Of a DNA stretch of 32,000 nucleotides, positions 18,566-26,275 are shown one piece after another; position 1 is the stretch's first letter, and every line of letters begins with the position of its first letter. Where the stretch lies: positions 685,739 to 717,738 of the forward strand of contig NZ_CP134050.1 of NCBI RefSeq assembly GCF_031583145.1. The letters run 5' to 3'. Made by a program: the position numbers and the translations under genes. The notes beneath the pieces were generated by a model, which was not told the DNA's origin, searched no databases, and saw only the letters and a program-made list of their open reading frames with translations. Source of the stretch: Brevibacillus brevis (GTDB lineage Bacteria; Bacillota; Bacilli; Brevibacillales; Brevibacillaceae).

Positions 18566-19045
18566 TTAGCAAAGTGAAGCTAAAAACGAATCCAGTATTT
18601 CCGTGTGTTTTTCTGAAGGAAGGTACTCATCTTTCTCCCATCCCCAAATCATCCGTGAGCTTACTCCCATTAACTTCCCGAACTCTTTTTTGGTGTATCC
18701 ATGATACAGACGGGCTTTTTTTATCCGTTGCCCAAGTGTCTCTTCCGGGAGATCCTCGAAACAGCCAAGAAACGCAATGGAAACACCGAGCGCTTTAGAT
18801 AATTTTCTGAGATTGGGCGGGGTGACAGTCGTTTTGTTTTGTTCCGCATTCCTTAACGATACCACGCTGATTCCTGTCCTAGCAGATAGGTCAACAAGAA
18901 GCAAGTTTTTGTCTAACCTAGCACGTCTGAGTCTGCCTCCAGGTGTATCATCTTCGGGTAAAGGTGGCGATAACGAAACATTCTTCTTAATCACAATTTC
19001 AAAGGTGTTATCTGAACCCTTGTCCGTGCGGATTTTACGGCACAA
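18566..19045 (-). CDS. Tandem-HTH XRE-family regulator
   Basis: Two HTH-like units: GGRLRRARLDKNLLLVDLSARTGISVVSLRNAEQ... and LGQRIKKARLYHGYTKKEFGKLMGVSSRMIWGWEKDEYLPS. The start region abuts the comM fragment, so the native start is uncertain. Confidence 0.7.
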   Translation of the reverse strand: MCRKIRTDKGSDNTFEIVIKKNVSLSPPLPEDDTPGGRLRRARLDKNLLLVDLSARTGISVVSLRNAEQNKTTVTPPNLRKLSKALGVSIAFLGCFEDLPEETLGQRIKKARLYHGYTKKEFGKLMGVSSRMIWGWEKDEYLPSEKHTEILDSFLASLC

Positions 19046-19056
19046 GGGAACAGATC

Positions 19057-19503
19057 GAATGTTGCTGTTCGCCGCAGCAGGTTCAGCGGTACCGATCTCG
19101 ATTGTCGGGACCGCTATTGGATCGAATCGACATCCACCTGGAGGTGCCCCGCGTACCGGTAGAGGTGCTGGACAGCGGGGGGCGCGAAGAGGCGTCTGCC
19201 GCTATCCTCAGCAGGGTGGAGCAGGCACGTTCCCGGCAAGTCGATCGTATTCCCCATCGAAAAGACTTTCCGTTCAACAGCGGCATGACACCGAGCGATA
19301 TTCGCAAATACGTTGTCCTGGATCAGGAGGGGCAGAAATTGCTCCGCATGGCATTTGAATCCATGGGGTTAAGTGCTCGGGCGTACCACCGGATCGTCAA
19401 GGTGGCGAGGACAATCGCCGATTTGGCAGGCTCTTCAGAGGTACGGGCAGAGCACGTGGCGGAGGCGATTCGCTACCGGGCGATGGAGCGGAAGGTGGTG
19501 TAA
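19057..19503 (+). pseudogene. comM: 3' fragment of comM/yifB (Mg-chelatase-like ATPase)
   Basis: In-frame ECCCSPQQVQRYRSRLSGPLLDRIDIHLEVPRVPVEVL...FNSGMTPSDIRKYVVLDQEGQKLLRMAFESMGLSARAYHRIVKVARTIADLAGSSEVRAEHVAEAIRYRAMERKV; the N-terminal two thirds are absent. Confidence 0.9.
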
Positions 19504-19585
19504 CAGATATATAACTAAATAGGGCTTGCTGAACGAATGAAAAATTGAGTAACCACAAGGGTTTTGCCCCGTTTTCATCGAAGTC

Positions 19586-20049
19586 ATGTGCAAGGAAATC
19601 GATGATTTTCCTGCAAATTCCTTGCACATGGAGCGGATATGGATGTACGAATATATCTCTCATCGTGAAAACCAATTGCTTCTCCCCGATGATTTCTTCT
19701 TGCCGTTTGGCGGCAAGTTGAATAAAGAAAATCGCTGGGTCAAACTGGCTCAGTTGGTGCCGTGGGTATATGCGGAGAAAAAGTATGCCAAATCCTTTCG
19801 CAAATCATTTCGTGGACAAAAGGCCGTTTCTATCCGTGTCGCCCTTGGTGCCCTCATCATTCAGGAACGCTTGCAGTTGTCGGACCGGGAAACGGTCCAG
19901 CAGATTGTCGAAAACCCGTATCTGCAATATTTCATCGGGCTGGAAGGCTATCAGGATCATCCGCCGTTCCACCCGTCGCTCATGACGCATTTTCGCAAAC
20001 GTCTGGGCGAGCAAGTTCTCCGCGAAATCAACGAGATCATCGCGGTTGA
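19586..20049 (+). pseudogene. IS5-family-like transposase N-terminus, cut by IS256 copy 2
   Basis: YISHRENQLLLPDDFFLPFGGKLNKENRWVKLAQLVPWVYAEKKYAKSFRKSFRGQKAVSIRVALGALIIQERLQLSDRETVQQIVENPYLQYFIGLEGYQDHPPFHPSLMTHFRKRLGEQVLREINEIIA, ending at the IS256 left end. Confidence 0.85.
19587..19632. repeat. Perfect 13-bp inverted repeat
   Basis: CATGTGCAAGGAA (19587-19599) / TTCCTTGCACATG (19620-19632). Confidence 0.9.
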
Positions 20050-20162
20050 GTCCGTATAATTGTGTAAAAACAGAATCTCTCTGAAAAATAAGGGAGCCAT
20101 TTCAGTTCCCTCCGGATAGAATGTGGTTGACTAGATAACATTCGAAAGAGAGGGAATTTGAA

Positions 20163-21391
20163 ATGGCTCAATACCAGATTACCGTAGATTCGCAACTTTT
20201 GCATCAGCTTTTTCTCGGCAATTCACAGGATTCGGGAGTGTCCAAGTTGTTGGAATCCGTATTGAACCAAGTCTTGCAGGCACAGGCGACCGAACAGTTG
20301 GGGGCGGAACCCTACGAACGGACAGATGAGCGTCAAGCATATCGAAATGGTACATACCCACATCAATTGACTACACGTGTCGGTACGATCACGCTTCGTG
20401 TCCCTCGCATTCGCGGCGGGAAGTTCTCCACCGAGTTGTTCGCCCGTTATCAACTCAGCGAACAGGCACTGGTGCTGGCTCTCATGGAGATGGTCGTCCA
20501 TGGTGTGTCTACCCGCAAGGTGGCCCAGATCACAGAAGAATTGTGCGGTACGGAGTTTTCCAAATCGACCGTGTCCGATCTTTGCAAACGGTTAGATCCC
20601 ATGGTGACCGCCTGGAATAACCGTCCGCTGCACGCTTCTTCGTTCCCCTTTGTCATCGTCGATGCCCTGTACCTGAAAGTACGCGAAGAAGGACGAGTGC
20701 GGTCACGCGGCACTCTCATCGGGATCGGTGTCAATGCCGACGGATACCGGGAGGTATTGGGCGTTATGCTCGGCGACAGCGAGTCGGAGGCCAGCTGGAG
20801 CGAATTTTTTGGCTGGCTGAAAAGCCGTGGGCTTAAAAAGGCGTCGATCTGATTGTGTCGGATGACCATGGAGGGTTGGTTCGAGCCATCCGCAGGAACT
20901 TCCAAGGGGTGACCTGGCAGCGATGCCAGACGCACTTCATGCGCAACATTCTTGACGCCACACCCAAATCCTTGCAGGACGAGATTCATAGCCGGATTCG
21001 CCCCATTCTGGAGGCACCGGATGCAAAGACGGCACGGATGCTGTTAGAGAAGGTACTGGAGGAGTATGAAACGAAAGCGCCGAAGGCCATGGCTGTCCTG
21101 GAAGCAGGCTTCGAAGATGTCACAGCCGTCTTGGCATTACCGGAAAAGTACCGCAAGCGTCTTCGCACCACCAATCCGATGGAGCGGTTGAATGAGGAAA
21201 TCCGCCGCCGTGAACGCGTGATTCGGATTTTTCCGAATCGAGAGTCTGCCATCCGCTTGATAGGGGCATTGCTCATGGAGATCGACGAGAAGTGGGCAAG
21301 TGGGAAGAAGTATCTGGATACGTCCGACTATCTTGCATGGCGCGAATCGCAAGCAGGATCTCCCGGTTCGAAAGTTACACGCATCGGTTGA
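20163..21391 (+). pseudogene. IS256-family transposase with a frameshift at about 20836-20845
   Basis: Frame 1 ends ...SEFFGWLKSRGLKKASI*; the correct continuation GVDLIVSDDHGGLVRAIRRNFQGVTWQRCQTHFMRNILDATPKS...TTNPMERLNEEIRRRERVIRIFPNRESAIRLIGALLMEIDEKW is in another frame across CTTAAAAAGG. Confidence 0.88.
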
Positions 21392-21398
21392 CCGACGT

Positions 21399-21442
21399 AG
21401 CCTGTCAAGGCCGCGAAGCGTTCCATTTAGCCTTGACAGGCT
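21399..21442. repeat. Perfect 13-bp inverted repeat in the 3' non-coding part of IS256 copy 2
   Basis: AGCCTGTCAAGGC (21399-21411) / GCCTTGACAGGCT (21430-21442). Confidence 0.9.
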
Positions 21443-21465
21443 GAATGAAACACACTTTTGAAAAA

Positions 21466-21485
21466 CCCAGCAAGAGATTGCTGGG
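21466..21485. repeat. Hairpin
   Basis: CCCAGCAA-gaga-TTGCTGGG. Confidence 0.85.
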
Positions 21486-21605
21486 GCTGCCATACGGCGA
21501 GTGACGGGGTGCAGGGGGCGAACTCCCTGCGTCTTCTCCTTCGGGGGACGGAAGGGGGCGTTCTAACCGAGGGAGAATTTACACACAAATATGGACTTGA
21601 TCAAG

Positions 21606-22194
21606 GGATGCTAACCAAATCGCGAGTCGCATCAAGCACGCCAAATTCCCTTACATGAAAACGCTCGATCAATTTGAATTCTCGGCGATTCCGTCCCTCA
21701 ATAAGCCCAAATTGCTTCAACTGGCTCGTTGTGAGTACATCGAAAAGGCAGAGAACATCATGTTTATCGGAAACTCTGGCACTGGCAAAACTCATCTCTC
21801 CATTGCACTCGGGAAGGAAGCTTGCCATCATGGCTATTCCGTCCAGTTTTGGACTGCCGCTAAAATATGCAATGAGCTTATGGAAGCTCAGTCCCAAAAG
21901 CGAATTCTCCAGCTAGAGAGGCAATGGTTGAAAACAGATTTGATTATTTTGGATGAAGTCGGGTTTGTCCCTCTCAGTCGGACCGGGGCGGAGTTATTAT
22001 TCCAATTTTGTGCGGCCCGCTATGAGAAAGGAAGCATGATCATTACCAGTAATCTGGAATTTACGGAATGGACACAGATTTTCAAAGATGAGCAAATGAC
22101 GTCAGCCCTGGTTGATCGGCTTACCCATCGTGCCCACATCTTTGCAATGAATGGGGACAGTTATCGCTTTAAACAGAGCATTCAAAGATCGTGA
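21606..22194 (+). pseudogene. IS21-family IstB ATPase, 5' truncated
   Basis: RDANQIASRIKHAKFPYMKTLDQFEFSAIPSLNKPKLLQLARCEYIEKAENIMFIGNSGTGKTHLSIALGKEACHHGYSVQFWTAAKICNELMEA...DLIILDEVGFVPLSRTGAELLFQFCAARYEKGSMIITSNLEFTEW...DRLTHRAHIFAMNGDSYRFKQS. Confidence 0.85.
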
Positions 22195-22292
22195 TCATGA
22201 AAAAGTTACCCACCCGACGGGTGGATTGATTTTTGCCATGGTGGTCAATTTTTTGATGAGCACTGTGGTCAACATTTTGGTTGACATTCACA
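22195..22292 (+). mobile_element. Terminal region of the IS21-type element carrying the truncated istB, ending ...ACA at 22290-22292
   Basis: Post-istB tail ...GTGGTCAACATTTTGGTTGACATTCACA, typical IS21 terminal style; immediately followed by tnsC coding sequence. Confidence 0.65.
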
Positions 22293-22840
22293 CCGTTGCA
22301 AAGGATCGGCTGACATTGATTCGCCCGGCTCTCGAGGCGTTACGATCCGGCAAGAAAAAACAAATTCAGAATTTCGCCGACATTTATTCCAGTGTGTCCA
22401 TTGACGATTATTTGGATCGGATTGAAGCTGAACAGCGGCAAGCGGAACGATTGGAATTGATTCGGAATGAACTTGGTTACGACGTTGTGGAACAAACCGT
22501 GAATGAAGTCTGCGCATGGCTTGTTGAGGCGGGGATTGATCAACTGTCAGCGAAGCAATCGGCCGAGAAGGTTGTAAAGGCGTTTTTGAACGAACTTGAT
22601 AGTGTAGACCTACATAAGGAGGCCTTAAAGCTGGCTTTACAAACTCCGACTGTGCCATCAAGTTCTTCGCCTAAGCAACGCGGAAGAAGCAGTTCAAGAG
22701 TGATTCCGACCGAGCCTGACGATTTGAGAGTAATCGTATCACAAGGGAAAAAGAAGAAGTTGTCAGCTTACGAGGCGCTGAAGGCAGCCGGATATATTAA
22801 AAATCCTTTGGAGTTCCTTAATGAGGCATTGAACCCATGA
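22293..22840 (+). pseudogene. tnsC: C-terminal portion of a Tn7-like TnsC
   Basis: VAKDRLTLIRPALEALRSGKKKQIQNFADIYSS... resembles the post-AAA C-terminal segment of TnsC; in frame and stop-overlapping with tnsD, which is followed by tnsE. The AAA+ domain is missing. Confidence 0.65.
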
Positions 22841-24606
22841 ATGAACGGTTTCCAATTCCAATTCCGTATCCAGATGAGCTCTTATACGGCGTGATCAGTC
22901 GGTATCACTTAAGGGCTAATAACACAAGTCCAAAATGCACGTTTAAAGAAGTGTATGGCACGAAGAATGTCATCCCGACAATTGACCTGCCAAGTCATAT
23001 CGAGGCATTTTCGCGTAGAAGTATGTGGCATGAAATGACAGCCGATGATTGGATCAAAGACCACACTTTTTATCCGTATTATTCTCCCTTCTTGCCAAAG
23101 GATCGTGCCAATCGTTTAAAGCAACTCATGAAAGGGCCGGATGGTTCGGGGATACATGCACTTGTTGGGATTACCGCCAGTACAGTGGATAGGAGCGGTG
23201 ATTTACGGTTCTGTTCACAATGCTATAAAGAAGATATCCATCAATTTGGGGAACCGTATTGGCACCGCATTCACCAGTTGCCGGGAGTATGGGTTTGTCC
23301 GGTTCATCGGGATGTTCTGCATCGGATGACATACCCGGTTTCAGATCGATATGGGTTGACCGTTCTCCCTATTTCGAAGAAGATGTTCGGCTCAGTACCG
23401 ATTGTCGCCAACTTGTCAGGTAAAACAATCAATCAGCTTTCAGACATCGCAAGAGACATTCAGGCATTAATGCAAACCAACGATTTGCCAGTTCTTTATG
23501 AATCCAGGAACATATTTCTACCACGCTTACGGAAGCAAGGGTATGTAACCGCAGGCGGGCGTATTCGCCAGCAAAAACTTGAGGAACAGTTCGTCATTTG
23601 CTATGGGAGAGAGCTGCTGGAGATGCTGGGCAGCCTTCCATACGGTAAGGACTACACATGGCTGAATCTGGCGACAAGGTCCGCCCGGCGGGCGATTCAT
23701 CCGCTGCGGCAGATGCTGCTGATCCGTTTTTTATACGGGTCATTCAATGGATTTTTAGAACAATCCGAGGTGGATGACGCACCCTTCGGTAAAGGGCCAT
23801 GGCCATGTCTGAACAAAGCAGCGGAACATTATCGAACCTCAATAATAACGGACCTGCGCATTACGCGTTGTACAGATACCGGCCGGCCTGTAGGAACCTT
23901 TACTTGTGAATGCGGCTTCGCCTATTCAAGACGAGGACCGGATCAATCCGAAGAAGATAAATACCGCAGAGGGCGTATCAAATCGTTTGGTCCTGTTTGG
24001 ATGGATAAGCTTCAGGTACATTTGCGAGAGGGCATTTCCTATCGTTCCATGGCAGCGTTATTGGGGGTTGATACGAATACAGTCATGAAGTACGCCAAAG
24101 GTACGGTGACAACACGCAACTTGGAACCTGCATTATTAGAGAGTCCAAGAAAATCTTTCAAACCTGTCCGATCCAAGGGATCTAAACATACACGAGTCGA
24201 CTGGGGGAAACGTGATCTGGAGCTAAGTTGGATTGTCGAGGAAGCATGTAGAAGGATGTTATCCGATCGCAAAAATAAACCTGTCAGAATTACGATTTCA
24301 GCGATAGGCAAACGAATCGGGAAACTGAGTTTGCTAGAAAAGCAAAAACAAAAGCTCCCTGTAACGATGGCAGTCTTGTCCGGCTACCTTGAGTCTACAT
24401 CTCAATTTCAAATTAGAAGAGTTCGATGGGCTGCTGAACAAATGGCTGGCGAATGGCCCATAAAACGGTGGAAACTTGTGAAAAAAGCCGGACTGCGACC
24501 AGGATATGCCCAAGAGGTATCTGATGAAATCGATCGTTGTATTGGACAAGGGGCTGCAATAAACCGAATTGCATCTGCTGAGGTGACACCATTATGGCTG
24601 CATTGA
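22837..24606 (+). CDS. tnsD: Tn7-like target-selection protein TnsD (TniQ family), apparently full length (589 aa)
   Basis: N-terminal PIPYPDELLYGVISRYHLRANNTSPKCTFKEVYG; TniQ zinc finger LRFCSQCYKEDIHQFGEPYWHRIHQLPGVWVCPVHRDVL; second CECGFAYSRRGPD motif; C-terminal HTH-rich region. Confidence 0.9.
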   Translation: MNERFPIPIPYPDELLYGVISRYHLRANNTSPKCTFKEVYGTKNVIPTIDLPSHIEAFSRRSMWHEMTADDWIKDHTFYPYYSPFLPKDRANRLKQLMKGPDGSGIHALVGITASTVDRSGDLRFCSQCYKEDIHQFGEPYWHRIHQLPGVWVCPVHRDVLHRMTYPVSDRYGLTVLPISKKMFGSVPIVANLSGKTINQLSDIARDIQALMQTNDLPVLYESRNIFLPRLRKQGYVTAGGRIRQQKLEEQFVICYGRELLEMLGSLPYGKDYTWLNLATRSARRAIHPLRQMLLIRFLYGSFNGFLEQSEVDDAPFGKGPWPCLNKAAEHYRTSIITDLRITRCTDTGRPVGTFTCECGFAYSRRGPDQSEEDKYRRGRIKSFGPVWMDKLQVHLREGISYRSMAALLGVDTNTVMKYAKGTVTTRNLEPALLESPRKSFKPVRSKGSKHTRVDWGKRDLELSWIVEEACRRMLSDRKNKPVRITISAIGKRIGKLSLLEKQKQKLPVTMAVLSGYLESTSQFQIRRVRWAAEQMAGEWPIKRWKLVKKAGLRPGYAQEVSDEIDRCIGQGAAINRIASAEVTPLWLH

Positions 24607-26207
24607 CATTGCGTTCATGGCCGTTTCCGGATAATCAGGGGGTTGAGTTATTTTGGTTCGGGTCCCCTTTCATGGACTACAAAGGGAATTGGAGAGTTCG
24701 AGTCGCATTTCGGACGGAAACCGGGGACTTGAAAGTTGTATCCTACCCATGGGGAACAGTACCTTATTTGCGCATGGGACAAGTCTACACCAACGGAGTA
24801 TTTGATCAAATCAAGCCATTGGAAGGCATTGTACATAGAATAACGATAAGCAGCTTGGATCAAGGTTTGATGAGCAATGGGTTTAAATTGCCCAAGCGTT
24901 TGATTGACTTCCGTCAAAATCCGGAGCTTGGGCTTCAGAAAATTATTCAGTTTCAGTTTGACGGGATGATTTATTGCTTTCCAGTGTTCGAATTCATTCG
25001 AGCCATGTTTATTAACTCCAGGTATTTGGCGTATTATTTAATGCAGCCGCACGGTCTGGAAATGTTGATCGATAACAGCGATATGAGAGGAACAACTCTG
25101 TATTTTGATTTGAGTTTTCGTGTACCGGCCAAATTGGCAAGCGAAAGTAACGCACGTCACCTATCCTGGATTTACATCGATCCCGCTATTCGTACCATGT
25201 GGGATTCCGTTTATCAATTGATGTTTAATCAAGCGATCAAGGACTCGCCTCAGAATCCGAGCGCCAGAATGAAGAAGGGAATTCCGCTTGGCGTTGAGCT
25301 CCCGGCTGTTGGTCCTCTTGAGTTTCACGTTCGAGGAGAACAATTCAATAACTACTTCTTGGTGAAAGAAATTCTCGGCATTGGCGGTTTTAAGCATCCG
25401 GCGGAAGAAATCGTCTTTTGGCACCCATCGAAGAAACGCCGTGAGTCGATTTCAGGAGATAAACAAGTTCGAGTTACGTCCGGATCTGAAAATAAAGACT
25501 ACATATTGAATGATCAAAGCGAAAATGCCAGGGAAAACACGCGGCAAGATGTATTGGAGGCCCCTCCTACGTTTATGCGTTTCTCCAATTATCCGAGAGT
25601 TACTACTCGTCGAGAGGATGTGAGGCATTCCCATACCGGCAACGACGTGATCATCACCTCCGGGAGAGGCGGGAAGAACTCAGGAGGATTAGAGGAAGTA
25701 AGCACACAGGATTCAATGGTCGGCGGTGATACGCCTCCTATCGATTTTCAGACGCTTGAAACTATACCAATTACAGAGGCTATCGGTCTTGAATCTTTTT
25801 TCGAAATGACTCAAATCTTGAAGCATGTCTTTCCCGGTCATATCCGGATGTCTGTGCTCAGGATTCCTCCCGGCAAAAGATTTTCTGTATGTCCAAACGG
25901 TTCCCGACGAACATGTGCGATCGTACAGGCGGATCATGGTATCACGACTAAGTTTATTGTCGAAGTGGCCCGGCCGGATGATTGGTCCATTTCGACATTG
26001 ATCCTCCACCCAACCCCGCAGATTTCACTAAAGACAGTTGAGCGTGATATTAAGTTACTCCTTGAAGGGCTTGTTCAAAAAGGCGGTCACTGGGATCAGA
26101 ACATTTTAAACCAATGCAACGGCTTCAATATCGAAAAGGTTAAACATTATCAGAGTGACTCAGTTAGGGATTGGGCGTATCGGATAAACGGGAAATTATC
26201 CGGCTAG
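24594..26207 (+). CDS. tnsE: Tn7-like target-selection protein TnsE, apparently full length (537 aa)
   Basis: Order tnsC-tnsD-tnsE; length close to Tn7 TnsE; LEFHVRGEQFNNYFLVKEILGIGGFKHPAEEIVFWHP and PPTFMRFSNYPRVTTRREDVRHS align with Tn7 TnsE LHVKGRSSNEDKDYLVEEIVGLE... and PTWISFSRPSRIEKSRRARKS. Confidence 0.82.
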   Translation: MAALTLRSWPFPDNQGVELFWFGSPFMDYKGNWRVRVAFRTETGDLKVVSYPWGTVPYLRMGQVYTNGVFDQIKPLEGIVHRITISSLDQGLMSNGFKLPKRLIDFRQNPELGLQKIIQFQFDGMIYCFPVFEFIRAMFINSRYLAYYLMQPHGLEMLIDNSDMRGTTLYFDLSFRVPAKLASESNARHLSWIYIDPAIRTMWDSVYQLMFNQAIKDSPQNPSARMKKGIPLGVELPAVGPLEFHVRGEQFNNYFLVKEILGIGGFKHPAEEIVFWHPSKKRRESISGDKQVRVTSGSENKDYILNDQSENARENTRQDVLEAPPTFMRFSNYPRVTTRREDVRHSHTGNDVIITSGRGGKNSGGLEEVSTQDSMVGGDTPPIDFQTLETIPITEAIGLESFFEMTQILKHVFPGHIRMSVLRIPPGKRFSVCPNGSRRTCAIVQADHGITTKFIVEVARPDDWSISTLILHPTPQISLKTVERDIKLLLEGLVQKGGHWDQNILNQCNGFNIEKVKHYQSDSVRDWAYRINGKLSG

Positions 26208-26234
26208 ACAATAGATGTTTGATTTATTTTGGTA

Positions 26235-26264
26235 TTGAAATACTTGATTCTTGGATGGTATAAT
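26235..26264 (+). promoter_or_regulatory. Putative sigma-A promoter for the restriction-modification cargo
   Basis: TTGAAA - 18 bp - TATAAT, just upstream of the 26276 gene. Confidence 0.55.
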
Positions 26265-26275
26265 TTAGTTGGCTA

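Larger units (their letters stand above)
20050..21598 (+). mobile_element. IS256-family element copy 2, both ends present
   Basis: Left end GAGTCCGTATAATTGTGTAAA at 20050; imperfect inverted right end TTTACACACAAATATGGACTT at 21578-21598 (16/20 core match); transposase inside. Confidence 0.75.

Noticed and set aside
21392-21577. Group II intron or riboswitch
   Set aside because: No domain V-like hairpin, GUGYG start or known aptamer core could be recognised; retained only as an unexplained hairpin cluster.
22293-26207. CRISPR-associated transposon (CAST)
   Set aside because: No cas genes, guide array or short TniQ are visible. TnsD is full length and accompanied by TnsE, fitting a classic Tn7-like arrangement; a CAST would need evidence outside this window.
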